From a virus (lineage: Duplodnaviria > Caudoviricetes), in the IMG/VR virus record IMGVR_UViG_3300044724_007274, positions 1 to 35,043 of that record: DNA of 35,043 nt; one strand, written 5' to 3'. The position numbers and the translations under genes were made by a program. Shown here piece after piece: positions 9,888-18,739 of the stretch. The notes beneath the pieces were generated by a model. That model made no database searches. It was not told the DNA's origin and saw nothing but the letters and a program-made list of their open reading frames with translations. The first letter of the stretch is position 1; each line of letters begins with the position of its first letter.

Positions 9888-10525
9888 TTATCCTCTTTTC
9901 TAAATCTTTCTTTGTTATGAAACGTTCTTAAAGTTTCTTCCGTATAAAATTTATCGCCTATTCCACTGTCATTAGTGGCATCCCAGTAATAAATCTTATG
10001 ACCAAAGGTCTCTAATTTTTTAATAAGCGCAAGGTCTTCCTCAAGGCTTATTCCGCATTTTGGTCCATGTAATTCCCCATAGATTTTATCAATGTGTTTT
10101 ATAACCCCAGTATCAATTAAATCCTTAAATACTTCGTACTCTGCGCCCTCTATGTCTAACTTTAATACAATACAATCGCTCGCAGAAAAATTTTTAAGTA
10201 TAAACTCTGAAAGCTGGATAGCTTGTATCTGGGCAAGATTTACTTTTGGTGCATCTCTCTTTAATAAGGAGGAGGATTCATCGTATGAGTCATAGAAAAC
10301 AACGCTTTCTTCATTCTTGTTCCACAGAGCCTTATCATAAAGTTTAACAGTGCAGCCTACCTTTCTAGCACGTTCAGCCGCTTCTTCTAGATACTCTTGA
10401 ACTACCCCACTCGTTGTACACTCAAATGAATGAATTTCATACTCACTTGCTTCGGGATGGTGGTTAATAAATAAGTCTATAGATTGACCCTTATTGGCAC
10501 CCCCGTCAATAAACACCTTTCTCAC
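9884..10525 (-). CDS. FkbM-family SAM-dependent methyltransferase
   Basis: FIDGGANKG, SFEC, LKLDIEGAEY and ELH motifs. Confidence 0.85.
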   Translation of the reverse strand: MRKVFIDGGANKGQSIDLFINHHPEASEYEIHSFECTTSGVVQEYLEEAAERARKVGCTVKLYDKALWNKNEESVVFYDSYDESSSLLKRDAPKVNLAQIQAIQLSEFILKNFSASDCIVLKLDIEGAEYEVFKDLIDTGVIKHIDKIYGELHGPKCGISLEEDLALIKKLETFGHKIYYWDATNDSGIGDKFYTEETLRTFHNKERFRKEDK

Positions 10526-11361
10526 TAAACGACCTCCATAAAATCAAACAGCGGTTTCTTGTCGTCCGGTAAATTCTCAACCCACTTTTTTCTTGTCTTA
10601 AACAAGCGGCTAACATCGCTTTCCATGTGTACTACATAATTTAGTGTTAACATACGCCTATCTGCTTTTTCTGGCTTTAGTCCTTTGTGAAACCCTGTTG
10701 TTAGGGCAATCAACAAATCCCCAGACTTGGCTGTTAGTTTTTTAATCTTGTCCTCGCCGTAATAAGCCTTCACTTCCTCATCTGACCAGCGGTACTTGGA
10801 TAAGTGATCATAAAACTTGTTCGCATTACTCCCCTCCACAAATGTTAGTGGTCCACCGTGCTCGTCAACATCGTTCAGGTAGATAAAAAATTTCATAAAT
10901 TTTATACTATTTCTATCCGCGTGATAAAGCTGTGTTGTGGTGGCGGGGCTGTTGGTTAGTTTACTCAATCGAAAGTTTTGCGTGCATAGCGATGGAACAC
11001 ATTGAAAGAATTCGGTGGCTATCTCATAAACTAGATCGCTGGTAGCTATTTCAAACGCTGTTTTAGAGGCGTATAAAGGGTCTTGTATCATCGTAAAAAA
11101 TTCGTTGTCCTGAGAAACAAGACCGCTCGCGTGGGCTGTGTCAAAGTCCTGCCCAAGTGCCTCAATCTGCTGCTTTGTAAAAACCCCCTCTAGCTTGGCA
11201 TAGCCGTTGGTGTTTATTTCGCTTATCAGTTTGTCGTGTTTATTCGTCAAGCAAGGGTAATCCCCTCTTCTTTCGCCAATTCTTTCATTAAAGTAGTTCA
11301 CGGCTGCGAGACCACCGTGATAAAAACCAATTTGTTTTGTTGTGAGCCATTTGGTGTTCAT
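10525..11361 (-). CDS. PhyH-like 2OG-Fe(II) dioxygenase
   Basis: HxD (YHADR), KFFIYLNDVDEHGGPLTFVEGS, distal H (GFHKG) and R (RRML). Confidence 0.85.
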   Translation of the reverse strand: MNTKWLTTKQIGFYHGGLAAVNYFNERIGERRGDYPCLTNKHDKLISEINTNGYAKLEGVFTKQQIEALGQDFDTAHASGLVSQDNEFFTMIQDPLYASKTAFEIATSDLVYEIATEFFQCVPSLCTQNFRLSKLTNSPATTTQLYHADRNSIKFMKFFIYLNDVDEHGGPLTFVEGSNANKFYDHLSKYRWSDEEVKAYYGEDKIKKLTAKSGDLLIALTTGFHKGLKPEKADRRMLTLNYVVHMESDVSRLFKTRKKWVENLPDDKKPLFDFMEVV

Positions 11362-12233
11362 GCTGTCCTGCTCGCCGGGTTGGATAAGTATAGCTGATAG
11401 TCTGTCGTTAATTGTTCAGTTAAAACCTTACTAGAAAAATTGCGAGGGTGACCATGACCAAGATTATAAAATTCTATGTTGTTTCCAACGTCGTGCAAAA
11501 CATAATCCCAGAATTCTAAGTATTGCTCGTAATACTTTTTTTCTATGTTATCTTCTGTATTTCCAGATTCAATTGTGCCACTACCTCTTTTCACCCCCTC
11601 AAAAGCATGTTGGTACTTTTCCGCTTCGGCGTCTCTAACATAACCATCCATGCCAATAACTGAAATAGCTTTTGGAGACAAGTTACATAAAAGAGAAATT
11701 ATTCTAACAACTGCTCCAATCTTTGAATGGTATCTGGTGTGCGCCCAGACAACTCGGTTTGGGTATTTATCTTTAAAGTTTTTAAGTTCTTCTAAATTTC
11801 TGCCTATGTTTTCAAAGCAGAATAAGGTGTTACTATCTTCAACGTAATCTAAGAATCTGTTGCTGGAGATGTCAACCTCATCTCCGATAATAGCTAAATC
11901 AGCGCCCATTTTTGTGATTGAATCGTTTAAAAAAAAGTGATTACAACTTACAACGTAGTCATAATCTTCGCGCAATGCCGGTAGTTTGCTTGCAGAGGGA
12001 CCGCCGCCGATAACAAGAATTGATGAATTTGTAAAACTTGAAAAGAGCTTGTTCTTTTGATACATAACTTCTGCGTTTACAACTACTTCGCCGCCGCCGA
12101 GAAATGGTACTATGTTCTGCTTCACATAGTCTAGACCACGAAAGGGGTTCTTGACAAAACCAAAGCGGTCGTAAATAAAAGAACTGTTAGCTGGTGAGTT
12201 GTGTTTCCAAGTTTTTTCGCTAGTCCATCTCAT
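11358..12233 (-). CDS. Putative nonulosonic acid transferase (CstII/GT42-like or Maf/DUF115-like fold)
   Basis: VIGGGPS...DYVVSCNHFF...VIGMDGY parallels CstII AGNGPS...DVFRCNQFY...SGIDFY; directly downstream of a NeuB gene. Confidence 0.6.
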   Translation of the reverse strand: MRWTSEKTWKHNSPANSSFIYDRFGFVKNPFRGLDYVKQNIVPFLGGGEVVVNAEVMYQKNKLFSSFTNSSILVIGGGPSASKLPALREDYDYVVSCNHFFLNDSITKMGADLAIIGDEVDISSNRFLDYVEDSNTLFCFENIGRNLEELKNFKDKYPNRVVWAHTRYHSKIGAVVRIISLLCNLSPKAISVIGMDGYVRDAEAEKYQHAFEGVKRGSGTIESGNTEDNIEKKYYEQYLEFWDYVLHDVGNNIEFYNLGHGHPRNFSSKVLTEQLTTDYQLYLSNPASRTA

Positions 12234-12252
12234 AATTTTTACCCTCTAACTT

Positions 12253-13260
12253 CTATTCAAAGTCCTCATTTGTTAAAACACAATCAGCGTCGATGTCTTT
12301 AGACAATTTTTTTCCAACAATGTCGTAATACTGGTCCGCAGCTATACAATTTGATACCGCTGGACGTTTTGTGGTTATTTTATCCAAAGTTAAAACTTCT
12401 CCTGCCATAATTGGTTTTGTTGTAACGACAGAACGCATAGCATTTCTAAACTGCTGCTCGCTTTTTGAAATCGAAGTCTGGCGCTGGTATAAGGTCTGTT
12501 CAATGTCAATAATGTCACTTACCATTTTTTTAAGCTCTTCGGGCTCTAAGGCGTGTGGACCATGGTCCGGTCCTGGCAAATGGCGAGACAAAGTATAGTG
12601 TTTTTCTACTACAGAAGCGCCAAGCGCGACAGCTACTGGGGGGACTAATGTTCCAACAGAATGATCAGAAATACCAACAGAAATTTTATGCGAGTATTTC
12701 ATCTGCTTTATTCTTTGTATTTGTTGCAAGCAGACATCAGAAAGTGGTGTTGGGTAGGCGTTGTTGCCGTGAAGAAAAGTAATCTCTGGGTTTGGATTCT
12801 CCATAGCAACCCAATCAATTATCTTTTGAATAGTGACTAAATCAACACCAATAGCGGCTGTTATTATCAGAGGTAGTTTTGTTGAAGCTGCGTATCTAAC
12901 TATTCTTGGGTCAGTGGCTTCAAAGCCAGCAATCTTTAGCCTTTTTACTCCCAACTTATAAAGTTCGTCCACGGCGAGTTCATCAAACGGGGTGGACATA
13001 AACTCTATGTTTTTTTCATCACAGTATTGTTTTAAGTCGCTTTGCCACTCTCTTGGAAGTTCCAGTTCCGACATTAGATTATTTATGTCTTTGTATCCTG
13101 CAAAATTTGGAGTATTCTTGGCGTACAAGGTTTCTGAACTGTATGTTTGAAACTTAACCGCTGACGCGCTGGCTTCGACAGCAACATCTATTAGTTTAAG
13201 TGCTTGGTTAAATTTTCTATCGTGATTAGCGCCTGCCTCGGCAATCACAAATGTTTTCAT
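12253..13260 (-). CDS. neuB: NeuB/PseI-family nonulosonic acid synthase with C-terminal SAF domain
   Basis: VIAEAGANH, AVKFQ, FMSTPFD, GISDHS and VEKHYTL motifs plus SAF tail (RSVVTTKPIMAGE); ATG at 13260. Confidence 0.9.
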   Translation of the reverse strand: MKTFVIAEAGANHDRKFNQALKLIDVAVEASASAVKFQTYSSETLYAKNTPNFAGYKDINNLMSELELPREWQSDLKQYCDEKNIEFMSTPFDELAVDELYKLGVKRLKIAGFEATDPRIVRYAASTKLPLIITAAIGVDLVTIQKIIDWVAMENPNPEITFLHGNNAYPTPLSDVCLQQIQRIKQMKYSHKISVGISDHSVGTLVPPVAVALGASVVEKHYTLSRHLPGPDHGPHALEPEELKKMVSDIIDIEQTLYQRQTSISKSEQQFRNAMRSVVTTKPIMAGEVLTLDKITTKRPAVSNCIAADQYYDIVGKKLSKDIDADCVLTNEDFE

Positions 13261-13270
13261 TTTACCCTCT

Positions 13271-14605
13271 TTAAGCATGGAAATAGTTCATACTAAAATA
13301 CAAGCCGCGCTCATGCATTTCTGGTTTACGAGAAAACCTTATGTGAGAGCCAATTTCTGCATTATTCCAGTGAGCATACTTTGGACCTTTAAGTATTCTT
13401 AGCAATAACTTGTAGTCCAACTTGTACGAAACATAACGAGAATCTTGAAAATCTCTAACATTTATGATTTCAATGCCTTCTCCAGAACACGAAATCTTAC
13501 ATAATTTATCACATGGCAAATAAATGTAAATATTTGTTAGTGATTTAAAATTTATTTCTTTTCTTTTCTGCTCAAATCTACTGTAAGCTTTATCTAACAG
13601 AGATAAAACTTGTTCAAGTTTAACGTCTGGGTCATCTTCAAACTCATATCTATGTTTTATTAAAATGCTTTCAACATAGCTTATCTTTTCTTCATAGTCT
13701 ATTGGAGTGTACACAGAAGATGCTTCACTGGTTTTCAAATCAAATGAATCAAAAGAATTGAGCAAAAATCCTTTACTGTTTGCGTTGACGTGATTTTTGT
13801 AGTATTCCAACGCCTCATCTAGTTGCGGAACTGCTCTATGTCGCTCTAAAATAGCATTTTTACCTTGGAGTGTGTACGTTCCTGCAAAGGGCATGTAGTG
13901 GGATGGGTTTACTTTATTTATATATCTCAAGCCAGAATTTAAATAATGTGCCTTAAACTTTGGTGCATAAATGTTTTTCTTATCCTCTTCTGAATAATCC
14001 CAACAATGAGGATACGCGCTAGCACCAGCGTAACCGACCAATAATAAGTCTATTTTTTTATGAATTTCTAGAATTTTATCAATAGTTGTAGAAGACAGGG
14101 CGTAAGGGCAATCATTAACATTTAGGAGTGTCTTTTCATTAGTTTCAAATACTGACATTGTGTCTATGCTGGTAGAGCCAAATTTACTCTCCATCTTTCC
14201 GCAGCCAAAAAACTTAAAACAAAGTTCTGGATTGCAATTATCAGCAGCATAAATATAAATGTTTAAGCCATCACCACAATGAAACGCTTCCCCGTGGTCA
14301 AGCTCTATAACTTTTCTACCCCAACGCTCTAAGTTAGTCTTCACAAATTTTGCATCATATTTGTGAATTAAAACTGGTATGTCTGGATTTATCTTTTCTA
14401 ACGTTGCCCTGCTCATGTGGTCGGGGTGTATGTGAGAAATGTAAATATAATCTACATCATCAAATTGCGTGTAATCTATTTCTATTGGTGGATAATGAGT
14501 CCATGACCCATAATACTCATCTCCAACTATCCATGGATCGGTAAGAACTTTGGTATTCTTGTAGGATACTAGTGTTGTTGCCGATGCAATGTGTGTCAAT
14601 TTCAT
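13271..14605 (-). CDS. Metallo-beta-lactamase-fold protein related to the CMAH/UlaG catalytic domain
   Basis: LTDPW..G..YGSW, YIYISHIHPDH, DTMSVF, NVND and YMPFAG motifs; no Rieske motif seen. Confidence 0.75.
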   Translation of the reverse strand: MKLTHIASATTLVSYKNTKVLTDPWIVGDEYYGSWTHYPPIEIDYTQFDDVDYIYISHIHPDHMSRATLEKINPDIPVLIHKYDAKFVKTNLERWGRKVIELDHGEAFHCGDGLNIYIYAADNCNPELCFKFFGCGKMESKFGSTSIDTMSVFETNEKTLLNVNDCPYALSSTTIDKILEIHKKIDLLLVGYAGASAYPHCWDYSEEDKKNIYAPKFKAHYLNSGLRYINKVNPSHYMPFAGTYTLQGKNAILERHRAVPQLDEALEYYKNHVNANSKGFLLNSFDSFDLKTSEASSVYTPIDYEEKISYVESILIKHRYEFEDDPDVKLEQVLSLLDKAYSRFEQKRKEINFKSLTNIYIYLPCDKLCKISCSGEGIEIINVRDFQDSRYVSYKLDYKLLLRILKGPKYAHWNNAEIGSHIRFSRKPEMHERGLYFSMNYFHA

Positions 14606-14625
14606 GTCCTAAGTTTAACACACGA

Positions 14626-15588
14626 CTATAAGCTTGTTAAGAAATGCAGCGGCAGGTTTAAGATTAGAGGGTGCAGCCTTTCTAATACTGGCAGTGAAGC
14701 TCCGGTTGAATAATACTTCATCTTGTGCAACATCGGATAAAGACGAGATAATCCTGTCTCTTGAATTATTCTGTTAGCCTGCTCGGTCAAAGTTGTCGCA
14801 AAGTAATAAGATGATTTTTGATCATGGGGTAACAAGGTGTGTCTACAAATTAAATTTTCATAGTTCTTTTTTCTTACTTCTAATAATTCTTCATACCTTT
14901 TTATCTGAGTGAGAGCTATCGTTGCATTCAAGTTGTTCATGTAAAACTTAAATCCGCTTGTCTCTACATCATAAGTTGCCCCATCATTAACTCTACCAAA
15001 ATTTCGATACAGTAAAAAATAATCGGCAGCTTTTGAATCGTCTGTTGAAATCAACCCACCATCCGAAGTGCAGATAGGTTTGTAAGGGTGAAAAGAAAAG
15101 AAAGTAAAATCAGATTGAATTGTTGGTGTCACACAATGTGCGCTGTCAACAACAATTATTTCATCTCCCACAAGGTCAAAATTAGCAATACTGCTTACGC
15201 CACCATAAAGAATTGGCATCACTACCACTCTGTTTTTTGTTGGCTTGCGAATACTCTTATAGTGTTTAGAAGAGAACTGTAAATCTTCTTGCACATCAAC
15301 AAAAAAGAGGTTGTGCCCAAAGTGCTTTGCTGCCCAGGCTGGAGAAGTAAATCCAAGTGATGGGGTGTAAACGTCACATTGACCATGCACCTCACGCAGA
15401 TAAGCAAAAATCATAAATGCTGCTGCGGAGGCAGAGTTTGTTGAGATGTTATGCCTTTTGTTTGAAAATTTAGCGAACTCTTTTTCAAATAAGCCAACAT
15501 TATCACCGAAGCCCAACTGACCAGAAGAAACGACACTTGCTATTTTTTCGGTGTCCTCTTCATTAATCATGGTCTGAAACAACTTCAT
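14626..15588 (-). CDS. DegT/DnrJ/PseC-like PLP-dependent sugar aminotransferase
   Basis: VVDSAH and FSFHPYKPICTSDGG (PLP lysine); ATGA overlap with the upstream gene. Confidence 0.9.
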   Translation of the reverse strand: MKLFQTMINEEDTEKIASVVSSGQLGFGDNVGLFEKEFAKFSNKRHNISTNSASAAAFMIFAYLREVHGQCDVYTPSLGFTSPAWAAKHFGHNLFFVDVQEDLQFSSKHYKSIRKPTKNRVVVMPILYGGVSSIANFDLVGDEIIVVDSAHCVTPTIQSDFTFFSFHPYKPICTSDGGLISTDDSKAADYFLLYRNFGRVNDGATYDVETSGFKFYMNNLNATIALTQIKRYEELLEVRKKNYENLICRHTLLPHDQKSSYYFATTLTEQANRIIQETGLSRLYPMLHKMKYYSTGASLPVLERLHPLILNLPLHFLTSL

Positions 15589-16571
15589 TGGCACTCTAAT
15601 CCTTTGTTAATCAATGAGATTAATTTCTGTGTGTCGTGCTGTACCCAGAGACCAGAGTTGAATTCTTGACCCTCGTATTTGCTAAATTGTTGATACTTTT
15701 TATTAGTATACTGTGGTCTCACCTGTAATAGATTTGCTCCGTCGACTTCATAGGTGAATGGCAGTTCTGTTTTTGAAAGCATGTCTTCGTGGAGTTTTTC
15801 CCCAGGTCTAATACCAATAACTTTTGTGTTTATTTTAGTGTTTGTAATCTCGCCAATCGCTTCAACGCACTTTGGCAATGTGTATGAATCAATTTTTGGA
15901 ATAAACACCTCGCCGCCATAAGCATTAATTAGGGAGTCAAGAACGGTATCCACGGCATCCTCAAGTGTAAACAAGAACCTTGTCATCTCATTTGAAGTTA
16001 CATTAATTGTCTCACCTCTGGAAACTGCTGCCATCCACAATGGAATGAAAGAACCCCTGGATGCGATTACGTTACCATAACGAACTGAAGCAAAAATGGT
16101 AGAGTTTGAGTTGTGGTCGTAATTCGTAAAAATCCTTTCGGCAATGAATTTTGAAGACCCATAAACATTAACCGGCTGGCAGGCTTTGTCGGTAGAAATC
16201 AACATACACTTCTCCACCCCTGCAAGTAAAGAAGAAATGGCGACGTTTTCTGAACCTGCAATGTTGGTTTTCACACACTCATCGGGGTACAACTCCATGT
16301 CGTCAACCCTTTTTAGGGCAGCGGTGTGAATAACATAATCAGGCTTATAGAGCATCATAGAGGTCTTTAGTTTTTCTAAATCCCTTACATCACCGATTAC
16401 TCTTTTTATTTCTTTATCTTTGCCAAAATACAGGGCTTGTTTTCCCTCATCTCGGCTATAGATAATAATTTTACAGTTTAGCTTTTTTAATCTTTTGATT
16501 AATGCCCTTCCCAAAGAGCCTGTGCCACCTGTGATAAAAACAGTCTTACCAGAAAAAAAATTACTTCTCAT
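15585..16571 (-). CDS. pseB: UDP-GlcNAc 4,6-dehydratase, PseB/FlaA1-like
   Basis: ITGGTGSLG, SRDE, HTAALK, STDKA..PVNVYGSSK, RYGNVIASRGS and GIRPGEKLHE motifs; ATG at 16571. Confidence 0.85.
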   Translation of the reverse strand: MRSNFFSGKTVFITGGTGSLGRALIKRLKKLNCKIIIYSRDEGKQALYFGKDKEIKRVIGDVRDLEKLKTSMMLYKPDYVIHTAALKRVDDMELYPDECVKTNIAGSENVAISSLLAGVEKCMLISTDKACQPVNVYGSSKFIAERIFTNYDHNSNSTIFASVRYGNVIASRGSFIPLWMAAVSRGETINVTSNEMTRFLFTLEDAVDTVLDSLINAYGGEVFIPKIDSYTLPKCVEAIGEITNTKINTKVIGIRPGEKLHEDMLSKTELPFTYEVDGANLLQVRPQYTNKKYQQFSKYEGQEFNSGLWVQHDTQKLISLINKGLECQ

Positions 16572-17247
16572 TTTTTGCCGCCTTGTATAGACTTTCGCAC
16601 ATTTTAAATTGCCACTCGTAATCAATGTCCAGGCACTCTCTCTCTGCCATCGACCACAACTCTATGTCATTTGGTTTATTAAAATCTCCCATCCATACGC
16701 CTTGACCAATCTTCTCTAGCGAGCCAGCGTAAAGACAGTGTGCTGCCTCTCTAATAATCTTTGCTGTCTTGGTGTTCATAACGTCTTCTTTCAGTGGCGT
16801 TAGAAAGGTGCCGTCTTCATCCCAGAAATAATTCTTTTTGTCCATCACGGCAAACATACCATCAGTGTCAGACTTTAGGTAATCGTTAAAAAATCCCTCA
16901 ATTGTCTCTGTCTTTACAAACGGACAACAGGCATTAATCAACACAACATACTTTTGAGGAATCTCATCCCACCACTCATAAATCTCAGTGAGTGGCGTTC
17001 CCTCTGACATTGCGGATTTTTCACTTCTGTTAAAAACATTAAAAGGATACTTGGAACACAAATCCTTCAACTCTGGCTCATAAACAGAGCACCAAACATT
17101 CTGATTTGGAATACTTGACTTTTCCAGCTTTTCTAATACTATGTCCATCAAAGTTGTGTCCGCAAAAGGACGAATCATCTTTTGCGGGCATCTTTGAGAA
17201 GAAAGTCTTGCTTGAATAATAACTGCAACGTCTTCTACTTTTTTCAT
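16561..17247 (-). CDS. neuA: Acylneuraminate cytidylyltransferase (NeuA/PseF family)
   Basis: IIQARLSSQRCPQKMIRPF N-terminal motif and LDIDYEWQF. Confidence 0.85.
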   Translation of the reverse strand: MKKVEDVAVIIQARLSSQRCPQKMIRPFADTTLMDIVLEKLEKSSIPNQNVWCSVYEPELKDLCSKYPFNVFNRSEKSAMSEGTPLTEIYEWWDEIPQKYVVLINACCPFVKTETIEGFFNDYLKSDTDGMFAVMDKKNYFWDEDGTFLTPLKEDVMNTKTAKIIREAAHCLYAGSLEKIGQGVWMGDFNKPNDIELWSMAERECLDIDYEWQFKMCESLYKAAKNEK

Positions 17248-17900
17248 TTTTTACCTCTACAAAAGACTGTTTGGCTGGAACTTGCATGTACGCTATCAAA
17301 GTATTTCTTGACCATAGTCAAAAGTTCTTGTCGGTCGGATAATGGACCGTGTATTTCAAATGACATGTTGAGTATTTTATCCCACAATTTGTGTTTCTCA
17401 ATACAATCAAAAATTTCATACTCAGAGCCCTCGCAATCTAATTTTAAGAAATCGATTTTTTCTATTTTGTTTTGTTTTACAAATTGGTCAAAACTAATCC
17501 AATCGACTTTACTTTCATTCCACTCTGCTGTAAATTTTTCTCTATTAAGATAAGTTGAAGTATCAGAATCAAAAATCGGCTTATGACCACCGGGATTTTC
17601 AACGTTCTTATAAACACCAACGGGCGCATTGTCGCCAACAATAGCTAAATTTTCAACGACGACGTTATCAAAATCTTTTGTCTTATCAAGACAGAAGTCA
17701 TAATTTTCTTTTATTAGCTCAAAAGCGTGAATTTTTGATTGCGGAAACTTGTTTGCAGCCCACACAGTAAAAACACCAACATTCGCACCAATGTCAACAA
17801 TTGTTAATTCTTCTGGGTCTTCTGGGTTCCAAAATTCAAATCCATAAACATCTTTCCCGATGACCTCTTTTTCCATCTTGTTGTACCACTTTTGGTTCAT
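17244..17900 (-). CDS. FkbM-family SAM-dependent methyltransferase
   Basis: IVDIGANVG, AFE, FLKLDCEGSEY and FEIH motifs. Confidence 0.88.
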   Translation of the reverse strand: MNQKWYNKMEKEVIGKDVYGFEFWNPEDPEELTIVDIGANVGVFTVWAANKFPQSKIHAFELIKENYDFCLDKTKDFDNVVVENLAIVGDNAPVGVYKNVENPGGHKPIFDSDTSTYLNREKFTAEWNESKVDWISFDQFVKQNKIEKIDFLKLDCEGSEYEIFDCIEKHKLWDKILNMSFEIHGPLSDRQELLTMVKKYFDSVHASSSQTVFCRGKK

Positions 17901-17902
17901 TT

Positions 17903-18739
17903 TTATCCTCTTAGTTTTTTACGAAATGGAAGTTCCGTATCGGTGACTCCAATTGTCCCGTCTCCAAGAGCCTGCTCAAGCTCTCTAACGCCCCTTACAA
18001 GCTTAATAAGCCCTTGTGGCTCTACAGAAGACAATTGGTCTGTTCCCCACATTGTTCTATCAAGAGTAATGTGTCGTTCAATAATCTCTGCGCCCAACAT
18101 AACTGTAGCAACAGAAGTACCAAGACGGAATTCATGTCCACTGTAGCCAACCTTACAGCCGTAACGGTCTTTAAGGGTTTTAATGCATGACAGGTTTAAC
18201 TCGTCCACTGGAGCGGGGTAACTGCTGTTGCAATGTAATAAGGCAAATTCTGTGCCCTCTTCTCTCATCCACTCAACTGCTTTATCAATCTCCTCTACGG
18301 TACTCATACCAGTAGAAACAATTAATTCTTTGTTTCTCTCGGCAGACCACCTAGAGCTAGCCCTAATCAACTCTTCGTTTGTAAGCATAGCTGAAGGGAT
18401 TTTAATAAAGGGGATTTCGTAATTTGATAAAAATTGTAGGCTGTCCAAATCCCATGGAGATGCAGACCACTCAACACCCTTCTCTTTGCAGTATCTATCA
18501 ATCTCGTCGTACTCATCTTTCTCAAACTCTACCTTGTATTTGTACTCAAGGTAGGTCATCGTGCCCCATGGCGTCTCTCTCATTACATTTTTTTGATGCT
18601 CTGGAACACAAACGTCTGGATTTCGCTTTTGAAACTTGACTGCATCACAGCCAGCTAATGAGGCTACATCGATAAGTCTTTTTGCGTTCTCTAGCGAGCC
18701 GTTGTGGTTAATACCAATTTCTGCGATTATGTATGTCAC
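17903..18739 (-). CDS. neuB: NeuB-family nonulosonic acid synthase, short form lacking the SAF domain
   Basis: IIAEIGINHNG, AVKFQKR, SASPWD, GYSGHE and IERHITLDR motifs; 278 aa. Confidence 0.9.
   Translation of the reverse strand: MTYIIAEIGINHNGSLENAKRLIDVASLAGCDAVKFQKRNPDVCVPEHQKNVMRETPWGTMTYLEYKYKVEFEKDEYDEIDRYCKEKGVEWSASPWDLDSLQFLSNYEIPFIKIPSAMLTNEELIRASSRWSAERNKELIVSTGMSTVEEIDKAVEWMREEGTEFALLHCNSSYPAPVDELNLSCIKTLKDRYGCKVGYSGHEFRLGTSVATVMLGAEIIERHITLDRTMWGTDQLSSVEPQGLIKLVRGVRELEQALGDGTIGVTDTELPFRKKLRG

Noticed and set aside
13271-14605. A true CMP-Neu5Ac hydroxylase (cmah) call
   Set aside because: No Rieske domain or partner is seen in the window, so only fold-level similarity is supportable.
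11929-16560. A8 homopolymers at 11929-11936 and 16553-16560 as phase-variation tracts
   Set aside because: Short A/T runs are expected in AT-rich DNA and both genes are in frame.
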